DNA of 64,000 bases from an uncultured Alphaproteobacteria bacterium (lineage in GTDB: Bacteria; Pseudomonadota; Alphaproteobacteria; Rhizobiales; Aestuariivirgaceae): positions 4,300 through 68,299 of the forward strand of contig CAMFKI010000018.1 of NCBI GenBank assembly GCA_945957365.1. Reading direction: 5' to 3'. Positions 10,180 to 21,021 of this stretch are shown here, one piece after another. The first letter of the stretch is position 1. Every line of letters starts with the position of its first letter. Both the position numbers and the translations under genes were made by a program. The notes beneath the pieces were generated by a model. It worked only from the letters and a program-made list of their open reading frames with translations. It ran no database searches and was not told where the DNA came from.

Positions 10180-11168
10180 GGCTTCCGCAGCAAGAGTTCG
10201 CGCGCCGTCGCCTCGTTGGTGATCAGCACATTGGCATCGACGAGGCGGATGGCGCCGAGCAGGCAGTCGACCTTGTCGTTGCCGCCCGAGGCGATGACGC
10301 GGCTGGGCACGCTCCTGAGCTGCTCGATGGGGAGCGACATGATGCGGCGGTTGACCGGGTGATCGACGAGGCGCCCGTCACGGTCATAGAAATTGAATAG
10401 CATGTCGCCCACCGCACCGAGCCGCATCAGTTCGGCGCGTTCCTCGTCGCTGATCAGGTTGAAGCGGAAGGCGGTGGAGGAGGGCGCCATGGTGCCGACG
10501 CTGAGGATCGCGAGGTCGAGGCGCTCGGCGCGGCGGAAAATGTCCTTGAGGCCGCAGCGCTCGATCAGCGCCTCGCGCGTTTCGGGTGAATCGACCACCG
10601 CTGGCGCCTGGAACAGGTAGCAGTCCGCCCCCATGATGCGGGCGAACTGCCAGGCGAATTCCGCCGGATTGAACTTGCGCGCCTGAACGATGCCGCCCAG
10701 GAGCGAGATGACCTGCAGGTTCTCGAGATCGCGCGGCGCCAGCGTAATGAGCGATTCATAGAGCGTCGCACCCCAGCCCACGCCCACCGTCATGTCGTCT
10801 TCCAGGGTGTCGGAGACATACATGCCGGCGGCGACGCCGATCGACTTGCGGATGTTTTCGGCCTGCACCGGTTCCGGCACCACCACCGCATCCTTGAAGC
10901 CGAAGGCCTTCTTCAGTTCGCCCTCGAGTTCGAAGCACTCGGAGACCTCGCCCTCGATCCAGATCTTCACCTCGCGCTGCTTGATCGCCTCGTTGATGTT
11001 GCGCACCACGGTGACGCGGCCGATGCCGAGGCGATCGGCAATCTCGTTCTGGGTGAGGCCCTCGACGTAATACATCCAGGCGATGCGCATGCGGTTGCGG
11101 GCGATGCGGCCAGCGCCCCGCTCGGGATTGTGAGGGCGGATCTTGCGGGGCTGGGTCTTCTCCAACAT
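10176..11168 (-). CDS. SorC/DeoR-family sugar-binding transcriptional regulator
   Basis: AWMYYVEGLTQNEIADRLGIGR HTH, GVGWGATL, LGAVGD, ASGGNDK; start uncertain (11168, 11201 or 11228). Confidence 0.9.
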   Translation of the reverse strand: MLEKTQPRKIRPHNPERGAGRIARNRMRIAWMYYVEGLTQNEIADRLGIGRVTVVRNINEAIKQREVKIWIEGEVSECFELEGELKKAFGFKDAVVVPEPVQAENIRKSIGVAAGMYVSDTLEDDMTVGVGWGATLYESLITLAPRDLENLQVISLLGGIVQARKFNPAEFAWQFARIMGADCYLFQAPAVVDSPETREALIERCGLKDIFRRAERLDLAILSVGTMAPSSTAFRFNLISDEERAELMRLGAVGDMLFNFYDRDGRLVDHPVNRRIMSLPIEQLRSVPSRVIASGGNDKVDCLLGAIRLVDANVLITNEATARELLLRKP

Positions 11169-11622
11169 GTGCGGGCCCACGGCGTGGTTGCGGGACTTCA
11201 TTGTGACGGAGGATACTAATTCCTGCAAGCGGGTGCGAAAGTGTCAGTGGCGCATCGCCCCGGAACGACGGCAAATCCGACGGCAAGGTCACCGCGAACC
11301 GGATCCACGGCCGCGCGCCAAGGTCGCTTCGCAGTGCGAGACCTTGTTGCGCCGCGTCATTACGAAACATTTGCACCTCAGAATGTATTTTAGTACATGA
11401 ATTAGCCGAGTGCCGATCCCGCGCCAGAACGGGAAGGTGCCGAGGGAGGAACGGACATGCTGCCTAGCAGACAGTCGTCGTTTCGGTCGCCGCCCCCGCG
11501 CATCGCGAAGGGCCGCTCTCCCCATCGAATCTGCCTTCGACCATCGCCCATCCCGCCCACTGCCGGCCTGCGGTGAGGCCGCGATGCAACGACACAGGCC
11601 GAACCCCATGGAGGACCATCGA

Positions 11623-13197
11623 ATGCCGATCACCAAGCCGGGTCTGATCACCCGCCGCTCGTTGCTGAAGTCCACCGCCGCTGCCGGCGCCGCCCTTGCC
11701 GTTGGCACGGGTGCGGTGCCGCTGGTCAACATCCGCCGCGCCTATGCGCAGGCCCTTCCCAACCCCGCCGACGTGCTGGCCAAGATCAACGTCGGCAACG
11801 TGGTGAAGAAGGAATATCGCGAACAATACAAGCTCGGCGACAATGACGAGCTGTGGGACCCCACGAAGGACTGGATCCGCACGGTGGACTGGGAGCAGGT
11901 GCGCAAGGAACATGCCGGCAAGACCGTGCGCTTCGCCATCGGCGCCGCCGACCGCGAATCCGCGCAGGACCAGATCGAGCCCTTCGCGCAGCTGTCGGGC
12001 ATCAAGATCGAGCTGGTGCCGATCCCGGACGATTCCATGTATGACAAGGTGGTGGCGGAGTTCCTGTCGGGCAATGCCAGCTTCGATGCCATCCAGTTCT
12101 TCTCGCCCTGGCTCGGCGACTTCGCGGCGCAGGGCTTCCTCAAGCCGCTCGATGAATATGTGGCGAAGTGGAAGCTGCCCTTCGACGACTTCTACGAGAC
12201 CTATCAGCTGAACTACGGCCACTGGGCCGACAAGGGCATTCTCGGCATTCCCTTCGACTGCGACCTGCAGATGGTCCACATCCGGCCCTCGGTGTTCAAG
12301 AAGATCGGCATCGACGCCGACCGCGTGAAGTCGATCGAGACCTATGACGACATGATCCGCATCGCGCCCGAGCTCAACAAGGCGGAAAAGGGCGTCAGCG
12401 GCATCGGCATGATGTGCGGCCGCGGCTTCTGGGCCACCTACACCTGGCAGCACATCGCCGCGCAATATGGCCTCGAACTGTTCAACGAGAACTGGGAGCC
12501 GATCTTCAACGGCGATGCCGGTGTCAAGGGGCTCGAAACCATCGTCGCGCTGTCGAAGCATGCGATCGAGGGCGTGGCGGCGGCCGACTGGCCGACCAAC
12601 CGCGCCGCCTGGCTCGGCGGCCAGATCGCCTGCAACATCTCGTGGCAGGATTCCGGCACGCAGGCGACCAGGCCCGACCAGTCCAAGATCGGCGACGATG
12701 TGCTGACCATCTACGAGCCGCGCGTCGCCGGCGGACGCTTCGCGCCGCCCAACATCGCGGGCTCCACCTCCTGCGTGACGGCGACATCGCCCGAGCCCGA
12801 GGCGGCCTTCCTGATGCTGGCCTACCTCACGACCGCCTCGATCATGGCGATGAACGAGGCCAACGCCAACGGCGTGGCGCCGGGCTACAAGTCGGTGCTG
12901 GCCAATGCCAAGCTGCAGTCGGTGTCGGAGCCTGCCAAGGTGTGGGGCGATGAACTGAACTATGCCTGGTGCGCGCCGCGCCTGCCCAACGGCTTCCAGA
13001 TCGACCAGGAAATCGGCTTCCTGATCAACAAGGTCGTGGTGGGCGAGATGCAGCCCAAGGAGGCGCTCGACCAGGCGGCAGCCAAGGTCAAGGACATCAT
13101 GGGCAAGAACGGCTTCTACAAGGGCAACGACCCGATGAACTTCGCCGCCACCGCGCCTGGCATGTGGGTGGGCAAGGGCAAGCCGCTGCCGTTCTGA
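11623..13197 (+). CDS. CUT1 carbohydrate ABC transporter substrate-binding protein with Tat signal
   Basis: RBS ggagga; TRRSLLK twin-arginine motif; family-1 SBP-like body (GIPFDCD); followed by two CUT1 permeases. Confidence 0.88.
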   Translation: MPITKPGLITRRSLLKSTAAAGAALAVGTGAVPLVNIRRAYAQALPNPADVLAKINVGNVVKKEYREQYKLGDNDELWDPTKDWIRTVDWEQVRKEHAGKTVRFAIGAADRESAQDQIEPFAQLSGIKIELVPIPDDSMYDKVVAEFLSGNASFDAIQFFSPWLGDFAAQGFLKPLDEYVAKWKLPFDDFYETYQLNYGHWADKGILGIPFDCDLQMVHIRPSVFKKIGIDADRVKSIETYDDMIRIAPELNKAEKGVSGIGMMCGRGFWATYTWQHIAAQYGLELFNENWEPIFNGDAGVKGLETIVALSKHAIEGVAAADWPTNRAAWLGGQIACNISWQDSGTQATRPDQSKIGDDVLTIYEPRVAGGRFAPPNIAGSTSCVTATSPEPEAAFLMLAYLTTASIMAMNEANANGVAPGYKSVLANAKLQSVSEPAKVWGDELNYAWCAPRLPNGFQIDQEIGFLINKVVVGEMQPKEALDQAAAKVKDIMGKNGFYKGNDPMNFAATAPGMWVGKGKPLPF

Positions 13198-13207
13198 CGT
13201 TTGCCGG

Positions 13208-13244
13208 CCCCTCTCCCGCTTCGCTCCCTGTGGGCGGGGGAGGG
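13208..13244. repeat. REP-like hairpin between SBP and first permease
   Basis: cccctctcccgc ... gcggggagggg inverted repeat. Confidence 0.55.
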
Positions 13245-13266
13245 GATCTTCATCACAGCAGGTTTC

Positions 13267-14178
13267 ATGACCGACGCCGCTCTCCCCACCTCGACCTTGC
13301 GCACGGCGCGGCGACGCAGCCCGTTCCGGCGCAAGGCCTTTCCTTACCTGCTGGTGGCGCCGGCCGTCGTCTACCTGCTGGCCATCACGCTCTATCCCGG
13401 CATCTTCGCGCTGTGGCGCAGCTTCTACCAGGGCCGCTTCAAGCTCGAGTTCATCGGCTTCCAGAACTATGCCGAATTGTTCCAGGACGAGGCCTTCTGG
13501 CACAGCCTGACCAACACGCTGATCATCGGTTCGATCACGCTGGCGGTCGAATTCGTCATCGCCATGACGCTGGCGGCGCTGGTCTACCGCGATCCCTTCG
13601 TGCGCGGCTGGCGCATCGTGTTCCTGCTGCCGATGCTGTTCATGCCCTCGGCCGTCGCCTATCTCTGGAAGCTCCTGTTCAACGACGGGCGCGTGATCAG
13701 CGACCTGCTGATGCGGGTGGGCCTCGTCGACCACAATATCGACTTCATGGGATCGACCTGGCTCGCGCGTGGCGTGCTGGTGGTCACCGACGTGTGGCAG
13801 TGGGTGCCCTTCCTGTTCATCATCTTCGTCGCGGCGCTGCAGGGCCAGGACAAGGAGATCGAGGAGGCCGCACGCCTCGACGGCGCGCGCTGGGGGCAGA
13901 TCTTCTTCGCCATCTCGCTGCCGCTGATGCGGCCGGTCATCGCCATTGCATTGGTGCTGCGCGGCATCGACATCCTCACCATGTTCGCGTCCCCCCACAT
14001 CATCACGCAGGGCTCGCCCGGCGGCGACACCGAGACGCTGAGCTATTTCATCTATCGCACCGGCTTCAAGAGCTTCGAGTTCGGCTATGCATCGGCGGCC
14101 TCCGTCGTGGTGCTGATCCTCACCATCATCCTTGCCCAGAGTTTCGTGCGGCGTTTCTTCCGCTCGGGGAGGGAGTGA
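13267..14178 (+). CDS. Carbohydrate ABC transporter permease
   Basis: YLLVAPAV, WQWVPF, EEAARLDGA EAA loop, GSPGGDTETL. Confidence 0.92.
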   Translation: MTDAALPTSTLRTARRRSPFRRKAFPYLLVAPAVVYLLAITLYPGIFALWRSFYQGRFKLEFIGFQNYAELFQDEAFWHSLTNTLIIGSITLAVEFVIAMTLAALVYRDPFVRGWRIVFLLPMLFMPSAVAYLWKLLFNDGRVISDLLMRVGLVDHNIDFMGSTWLARGVLVVTDVWQWVPFLFIIFVAALQGQDKEIEEAARLDGARWGQIFFAISLPLMRPVIAIALVLRGIDILTMFASPHIITQGSPGGDTETLSYFIYRTGFKSFEFGYASAASVVVLILTIILAQSFVRRFFRSGRE

Positions 14179-15005
14179 TGGCAGAGGGGACACGTTTCTC
14201 CCTCGGCCGTTCGTTCCTGCTGCTCGTCTGGGGGCTGTTCTGCCTGTTGCCGATCATCTTCTTCGCGACGATCGCGCTCCGGCCGCGCAACGAGATCATC
14301 GCGCCGGAGCCCATCTACTTCCCGACGATCTCCATCGAGACCTGGGCCAAGATCTGGGACGAATGGCCGATCATGCATTATTTCATGAATTCGGTGATCT
14401 CGGTGTCGGGCAGCGTCATCATCTGCCTGGTTCTCGGCATTCCCGCCGCCTATTCGCTGGCGCGCTACCAGTACCGGGGGCGGGAAGACATCGGCTTCTA
14501 CATCCTGTCCACCAAGATGATGGCGCCCGCCGCGGTGGCGATCCCCATCTTCTTCCTGTTCCGGGCTCTCGACCTGCTCGACACGGTGTGGGCGCTGATG
14601 CTGGTCTATGCCGCGATGAACCTGTCGATCGTCGTGTGGATCATCCGTTCCTACATGATCGACATCCCGCACGAGATCGAGGACGCGGCGCGCACCGACG
14701 GGGCATCGGACCTGCGCATCCTGTGGTCGATCATCATCCCCATGTGCTTGCCGGGCATCATCACGGCGGCGGTGATCGCGGCGATCTTCGCCATGAACGA
14801 GTATCTGTTCACGCTGATCATCGCCACCAAGAATGCCTATCCGCTGTCGGTGGCGCTGGCGAACTTCTCCGGCGGTTCGGACGGCATCATCTACAACGCG
14901 ATCGCGCTCGTCGCCTTCCTCGCCTTCTTCCCGGCCCTGCTGCTGGTGATCCTGATCCAGAATCACCTGTCGCGCGGGCTGACCATGGGGGCGGTGAAGG
15001 GGTAG
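14178..15005 (+). CDS. Carbohydrate ABC transporter permease
   Basis: ATG overlaps previous TGA; IEDAARTDGA EAA loop, MNEYLF, C-terminal GLTMGAVKG. Confidence 0.92.
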   Translation: MAEGTRFSLGRSFLLLVWGLFCLLPIIFFATIALRPRNEIIAPEPIYFPTISIETWAKIWDEWPIMHYFMNSVISVSGSVIICLVLGIPAAYSLARYQYRGREDIGFYILSTKMMAPAAVAIPIFFLFRALDLLDTVWALMLVYAAMNLSIVVWIIRSYMIDIPHEIEDAARTDGASDLRILWSIIIPMCLPGIITAAVIAAIFAMNEYLFTLIIATKNAYPLSVALANFSGGSDGIIYNAIALVAFLAFFPALLLVILIQNHLSRGLTMGAVKG

Positions 15006-15024
15006 TGCGGCCGTCGCGCGGGGT

Positions 15025-15168
15025 GGCCCTCATCCGGCCTGTCGGCCACCTCCTCCCATCCCTGCGGGACGGGAGAAGGACTCGTGGTGATGTGGGGCAT
15101 TCGCGCAACGAGTCCTTCTCCCGTTGCGAAGCAATGGGAGAAGGTGCCCGACAGGGCGGATGAGGGCC
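15025..15168. repeat. REP/RIME-like inverted repeat pair (about 61-bp arms)
   Basis: ggccctcatccggcctgtcggccacctcctccc...gggagaaggactcgt (15025-15085) and near-perfect reverse complement (15108-15168), between convergent genes. Confidence 0.8.
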
Positions 15169-15181
15169 TCGTTCCGCGCGC

Positions 15182-16129
15182 TCAGCCCTTCGTTCGCGTC
15201 CCCTTCATGAACGCCAGCGTATGCGCGAAGTCCTTCACGCCCGCCTGTGAGCCCAATCCCGTGGCATTCAGTGCCGAGGTCGCCTGGGCAAACCTCACCG
15301 CCGTCTCCATGTCGAAGCCGTGCACCAGGGCCACCGCGAAGCCGGCATCGAAGGCATCGCCGCAGCCGCAGGTGCATTTCACGGTGATGTCATAGGCGGG
15401 CACGTGGAACGTCACCCCATCGCGGTCATGATAATAGGCGCCGTCGCCGCCCAGCGTCAGCACGCAGGCCTTCACCCCCATGTCGAGGAAGAACTTCGCC
15501 GTGTCACCATGGTCGCTGCGGCCGCAGAGCGCCTGTGCCTCCTCGATCGAGGGCATGAAATAATCGGTGCAGGGCAGCACCTGCGCGATGGCCGGCAGGT
15601 CCTTCGGCGACCCGGCGAAGACATCGACGGTGGTCGTCGCGCCATTGGCCTTGGCGGCCTTCATGATGACCGCGGTCTGGCCCTTGTCCATGGCATCCAT
15701 CAGGCCGACGCCGCCGGCATGGAAGACCCTGGTGTCCACCGCCCGGGGGATCATGTCGTCGGTGATGAAGAAGTTCGAGGTCGCCCCCTTCATGTGGAGC
15801 GCCGGGCGCGAGCCGTCGGCGCGGGTGGTGACGATGGAAGACGAGGTCTTCCAGCCGGGCTGGTGCTGCACGCCCCATGTGTCGACGCCGAAGTGCTGCA
15901 GGCGCTGCAGCACCCAGTCTCCCATCAGGTCTTCGCCGACACCGGCCAGTGCCAGCGTCTTCAGTCCCATCTTGGCGGCGGCGATGGCAGCCGTGCCGCC
16001 CGCGCCCGAGACCGCGAGAGTGAGTTCGTCGATGAACACCGTGCCGCCGCCGGGTGGCACTTCCGTAAACGGCCAGCCGAGACAATCATAGGTGTAGAAA
16101 CCCATCGAGACATAGTCGTAGCGCGGCAC
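15182..16129 (-). CDS. PfkB-family carbohydrate kinase
   Basis: SGAGGTAA N-terminal motif, FMPSIEEA, VLTLGGDGA, CGCGDAFDAG anion-hole motif; GTG start. Confidence 0.88.
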   Translation of the reverse strand: MPRYDYVSMGFYTYDCLGWPFTEVPPGGGTVFIDELTLAVSGAGGTAAIAAAKMGLKTLALAGVGEDLMGDWVLQRLQHFGVDTWGVQHQPGWKTSSSIVTTRADGSRPALHMKGATSNFFITDDMIPRAVDTRVFHAGGVGLMDAMDKGQTAVIMKAAKANGATTTVDVFAGSPKDLPAIAQVLPCTDYFMPSIEEAQALCGRSDHGDTAKFFLDMGVKACVLTLGGDGAYYHDRDGVTFHVPAYDITVKCTCGCGDAFDAGFAVALVHGFDMETAVRFAQATSALNATGLGSQAGVKDFAHTLAFMKGTRTKG

Positions 16130-16160
16130 GGGTTACTCCCATCTGAGGCCGTGCCGGTCT

Positions 16161-17408
16161 TCAGGCCAGCATCAGCAATGGCTCTTCAATAAGGCTCCTG
16201 AAGGCCTGCAGCAACTCCGCACCCACCGCACCATCCACCGCCCGGTGATCGCAGGAGAGGGTGCAGGCGATCTGGCTGGCCAGCACCGGCTGGCCCTTCA
16301 CGGGAATGAACCGTTCGACGGCAGATCCGACCGCGAGGATCGTCGCCTGCGGCGGGTTGATGATGGCGGTGAACTGCTCGATCCCGTACATCCCGAGGTT
16401 GGAGATTGCCGTGGTGCCGCCCTGGTACTCGGACGGCACCAGCCTGCGGGCGCGGGCCTTGGCGGCGAGGTCCTTCATCTCGGCCGAGATGGCGGTGAGG
16501 GTCTTGGTCTCGACACTGCGGATCACGGGCGTGAACAGGCCGCCGTCGACGGCGACCGCCACGCCCACGTCGGAGGCGCGATGCCGCAGGATCGCGTCAC
16601 CGGCCCAGGTGACATTGGCGGCAGGCACCTTCTGCAGGGCAGCACCCATCGCCTTGATGATGAAGTCGTTGATCGACAGCTTCCACAGGGGCTTGCCGTC
16701 GGCACCCTTGGGAGCGGCGGCATTGAGGCGCTCGCGCGTCGCCAGCAGCGTGTCCAGCGTGCAGGTGACGGAAAGATAGAAATGCGGGACGGTCTGCTTC
16801 GACTCGGTCAAGCGCGCCGCGATGGTGCGGCGCATGCCGTCGACGGGGACAACGTCGAAGCTGCCGGGGGCATAGAGCTTCTGCACGCCGTCGCCGGGGA
16901 CGGCTGTGGCCGGCATGGCGGCGGGTACCGGTTTGCCTTCCGACGCGCTGCGCACATCCGCCGCGACGATGCGGCCGCGTGGGCCGCTGCCGGCGATGGC
17001 GGCGAGCGTCAAGCCCGCTTGGCGTGCGAGGCGGCGGGCGAGTGGGGTGGCGCGTGGGGCTTCGCCGTTGCTGACGGGAGCTGCGGCAACCGATGCAGAA
17101 GGGGCCTTTGGTGCCGACGCAGCCTGCGCAACCGGCGTGGCCATCGCAGCGGGCGCGCTGACGGCCTCGCCCTCGGCATAGATCCATGCGACGGCGGAGC
17201 CCACAGGTGCTGAGCTTCCCTCGTTCACCACGATGTTGCGCAGGATGCCGTCGGCAGGCGCATCGATCTCCATTGCCGCCTTGTCGGTCTCGATCTCGAA
17301 CAGCGCCGCACCCTTGGCGACCTTGTCGCCATCCTTGTGGTGCCATTTCGAGATCTTGCCCGTCGCCATGTCCATGTCGACGCGGGGGAGGATGACTTCG
17401 ACGGCCAT
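16161..17408 (-). CDS. Dihydrolipoamide acyltransferase E2 (AcoC/PdhC-like)
   Basis: Lipoyl domain ETDKA, PSBD ATPLARRLA..GSGPRGRI, VPHFYL, catalytic DHRAVDG; start 17408. Confidence 0.93.
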   Translation of the reverse strand: MAVEVILPRVDMDMATGKISKWHHKDGDKVAKGAALFEIETDKAAMEIDAPADGILRNIVVNEGSSAPVGSAVAWIYAEGEAVSAPAAMATPVAQAASAPKAPSASVAAAPVSNGEAPRATPLARRLARQAGLTLAAIAGSGPRGRIVAADVRSASEGKPVPAAMPATAVPGDGVQKLYAPGSFDVVPVDGMRRTIAARLTESKQTVPHFYLSVTCTLDTLLATRERLNAAAPKGADGKPLWKLSINDFIIKAMGAALQKVPAANVTWAGDAILRHRASDVGVAVAVDGGLFTPVIRSVETKTLTAISAEMKDLAAKARARRLVPSEYQGGTTAISNLGMYGIEQFTAIINPPQATILAVGSAVERFIPVKGQPVLASQIACTLSCDHRAVDGAVGAELLQAFRSLIEEPLLMLA

Positions 17409-17409
17409 C

Positions 17410-18395
<986 letters not shown>

Positions 18396-18399
<4 letters not shown>

Positions 18400-19412
18400 G
18401 CCGCCTCGGGTGAATAGACGTCGCGCGTGACTTCGGATGGATCGGGATCGGTGCCGAGCCGGGCGAATTCGATGCCCGCCGCGATCTCGGCCTCGGCGGA
18501 TTCGCGGATGGCGTTCACCTCGGCCTCGGTGGCGATGCCATGCGCCATCAGTTCGGACTCGAAATGCGGAATGGGGTCACGCGCCTTCCACTCCTCGATC
18601 TCCTCCTTGGTGCGGTAGCGGTTGCGGTCGGAGCGGGAATGGCCCCGCGTGCGGTAGGTCTTGCATTCGACGAGGCTCGGGCCATCGCCGCGCCTTGCCC
18701 GCGCGATTGCCTCGGCAATGGCCTCTTCGACGTCGGCGATGGAATTTCCGTCGGCGATGACGCCGGGCATGCCGTAGGCCGCCGCACGGTCGGCGATATT
18801 CGCCACCGCCATGGAGCGATCGGTGGAGACCGACATGCCGTACTTGTTGTTCTCGCAGACGAAGACCACCGGCAGCTTCCAGATCGCCGCCATGTTGAGA
18901 GCTTCGTGAAACGCGCCTTCATTCGACGCGCCGTCGCCGAAGAAGCACATGGCGACGTCGTCGCGCTTCTGCTTCTTGATGGCGAGTGCCGCCCCCACCG
19001 CGATGGGCAGCCCGCCGCCGACGATGCCGTTGGCGCCGAGATTGCCGGTGGCCACGTCGGCGATGTGCATGGAGCCGCCGCGGCCGCGGCAATAGCCTTC
19101 CTCCTTGCCGAAGAACTCGGCGAACATCAGCTTGGGGTCCGCCCCCTTGCCGATGCAGTGGCCATGGCCGCGATGCGTCGAGGTGATGTAGTCGGACGTG
19201 CGGAGCGCCATGGTGGAGCCGACGGCGGAACCCTCCTGGCCGATCGAGAGATGCATGGTGCCGTGGATGAGGCCGCGCATGTAGGCTTCCTCGGCCCCTT
19301 CCTCGAAGCGGCGGATCAGGTACATCCGGCGCAGCGCTTCCTTCAGCTGGTCGGCGGAATATCTCTGATAGAAGGGGCGGGCATTCGGCTTGATCTGGCC
19401 CACGGCGTTCAT
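18396..19412 (-). CDS. ThDP-dependent dehydrogenase E1 alpha subunit (AcoA/PdhA-like)
   Basis: [26 protein letters not shown]...ENN ThDP motif, TYRTRGHS; start 19412 overlaps upstream TGA. Confidence 0.93.
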
Positions 19413-20764
19413 TGCGAAAGTCCTTTCAGCATGTCGTCCTGGCGCTGGCGCAGCGCCACGATGCGGGCGGAGGCATCCACCGCGCAGTTGTCGTAGGTGA
19501 GGAGCGCGCCCTTGCGGACCGGCTTCGTGACCTTGCCGTTCTCGAGGAGGCCGCAGGGAATGGCGCGATCCCGCGCCGCATCGCCCGTGGTCATGATCCA
19601 GGCGCGGTAGGTGTACTCGCCGATGGCGTCGAGCCGTGCGCCGGGTGCGAGATCCTTCTTGGCCACCGCGCAGACCTCCGCCGAGGGCACGTCGAGCGGC
19701 ACCATGTCGGCAGCGTGGTAGAGCACGGCGCGGGCACAGGAGAGCGGCACCTCGAGGCTGGTCAGGTGATAGGGCCGGTAGAAGGTGTAGTAGGGGCCTG
19801 CACCGAGCTTCAGGTCGTGCATGCGCTCGCGCACGCGGGGATGCGCCATTTCGGCGATGACGAAGACGCCGGGGGCCACACCCTTGCCGATGGAGTAGTC
19901 CACGACACCCTTCCTCGACAGCACGCCGCCATCGGCGACGGGGCACAGCACCTTCTCGAGCTGGTCCAGCGTTGCGGCGGGGCCGTGCATGCCGGGGCGG
20001 TCGGGCATGAGGCCGGTGGCGTTGGCGATGGCCGCCATTTCCACCATGGTCTTGGAGCCGTCGACGAACTCGACCAGCATGCGCGGGTTCATGTTGCGCC
20101 GCTTCGCTTCGTCCATGTATTCCGCCGGTGTGGCATCGATGTTGAGCGGGTTGTTCTTGCCCTTGCCGGCGGCGACGATGGGGTAGCCGAGGCCGGTGAC
20201 GAAATTGACGAGCTCCATGGTGGAGGAAGGCTCGTCGCCCGCACCCAGCGTATAGACGACGCCCAGCCGCTGCGCCTCGCGCGCCAGATAGGCGCCGATG
20301 GTGACGTCGGCCTCGACATTCATCATCACGAGGTGCTTGCCGTGCTCCATGGCGGTGAGGCCGATCTCCGCACCGACCGCCGGCTTGCCCGTGGCATCGA
20401 CGACGACATCGATGTGGGCAGAGGTGCAGACGAGTTGCGCGTCCTGGGTGATGGCGGTCTTGCCGGACTCCAGCAATGTGGCGAAGGCAGAAGCCGTCGC
20501 CGCCTCGGCCACGTCGTTGTCGGGACGGCCGGAAATGCCGAGGGCCTTTCTGGCGGCAGGAAGGTTGATCTCCGCGATCGCGGCGACGGTGATGCCCGTC
20601 ATCTGCTGGCACTGGGTGACGATGTCGGTGCCCATCTCGCCCGAACCGATGAGGCCGACACGGATGGGTCGGCCCTCCTTCTCCATGCGGCGGCCCAAGT
20701 CCGCGGCAAGTCCGGTGGCCGCGCCGATGCGGCGCTGGCCGCGCGAAAGATCATCTGCCGGCAT
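19409..20764 (-). CDS. NAD(P)-dependent oxidoreductase with C-terminal SAF domain (homoserine-dehydrogenase-like, COG4091-type)
   Basis: GLIGSGEMG Rossmann motif, MMNVEAD, GAGDEP, FVDGSKT, YRPYHL, VAKKDLAPG SAF start; RBS caggag before 20764. Confidence 0.85.
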   Translation of the reverse strand: MPADDLSRGQRRIGAATGLAADLGRRMEKEGRPIRVGLIGSGEMGTDIVTQCQQMTGITVAAIAEINLPAARKALGISGRPDNDVAEAATASAFATLLESGKTAITQDAQLVCTSAHIDVVVDATGKPAVGAEIGLTAMEHGKHLVMMNVEADVTIGAYLAREAQRLGVVYTLGAGDEPSSTMELVNFVTGLGYPIVAAGKGKNNPLNIDATPAEYMDEAKRRNMNPRMLVEFVDGSKTMVEMAAIANATGLMPDRPGMHGPAATLDQLEKVLCPVADGGVLSRKGVVDYSIGKGVAPGVFVIAEMAHPRVRERMHDLKLGAGPYYTFYRPYHLTSLEVPLSCARAVLYHAADMVPLDVPSAEVCAVAKKDLAPGARLDAIGEYTYRAWIMTTGDAARDRAIPCGLLENGKVTKPVRKGALLTYDNCAVDASARIVALRQRQDDMLKGLSQ

Positions 20765-21021
20765 GCCGGTCTCCTGACTGCTGCGGAAGGCAGAGAATAG
20801 GATACTTTTGGGCCTGCCGGTGTCAATAAGTATTGTTTGGCTCCAATCATCTGATTTCGCAGCTGCGAAGGTGGCTCGCGCCTGCGAAACCGAGCCTGAC
20901 CGCCGATGCGGGAGCAAGTGCAGGCTCTCCTGAGGCATTCCATTCCGAAACAATCACGCAGGCATCTTGCATTTAGTGTCGGATGTGTGAAACTTCGACC
21001 TGAACAGGAGCGAAGCAGCCC

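Noticed and set aside
11464-14193. 909-aa antisense ORF, and similar long ones at 48096-49991, 51220-53178 and 19412-20800
   Set aside because: They lie opposite well-supported genes, have no recognisable motifs, and are expected shadow ORFs of high-GC codon bias
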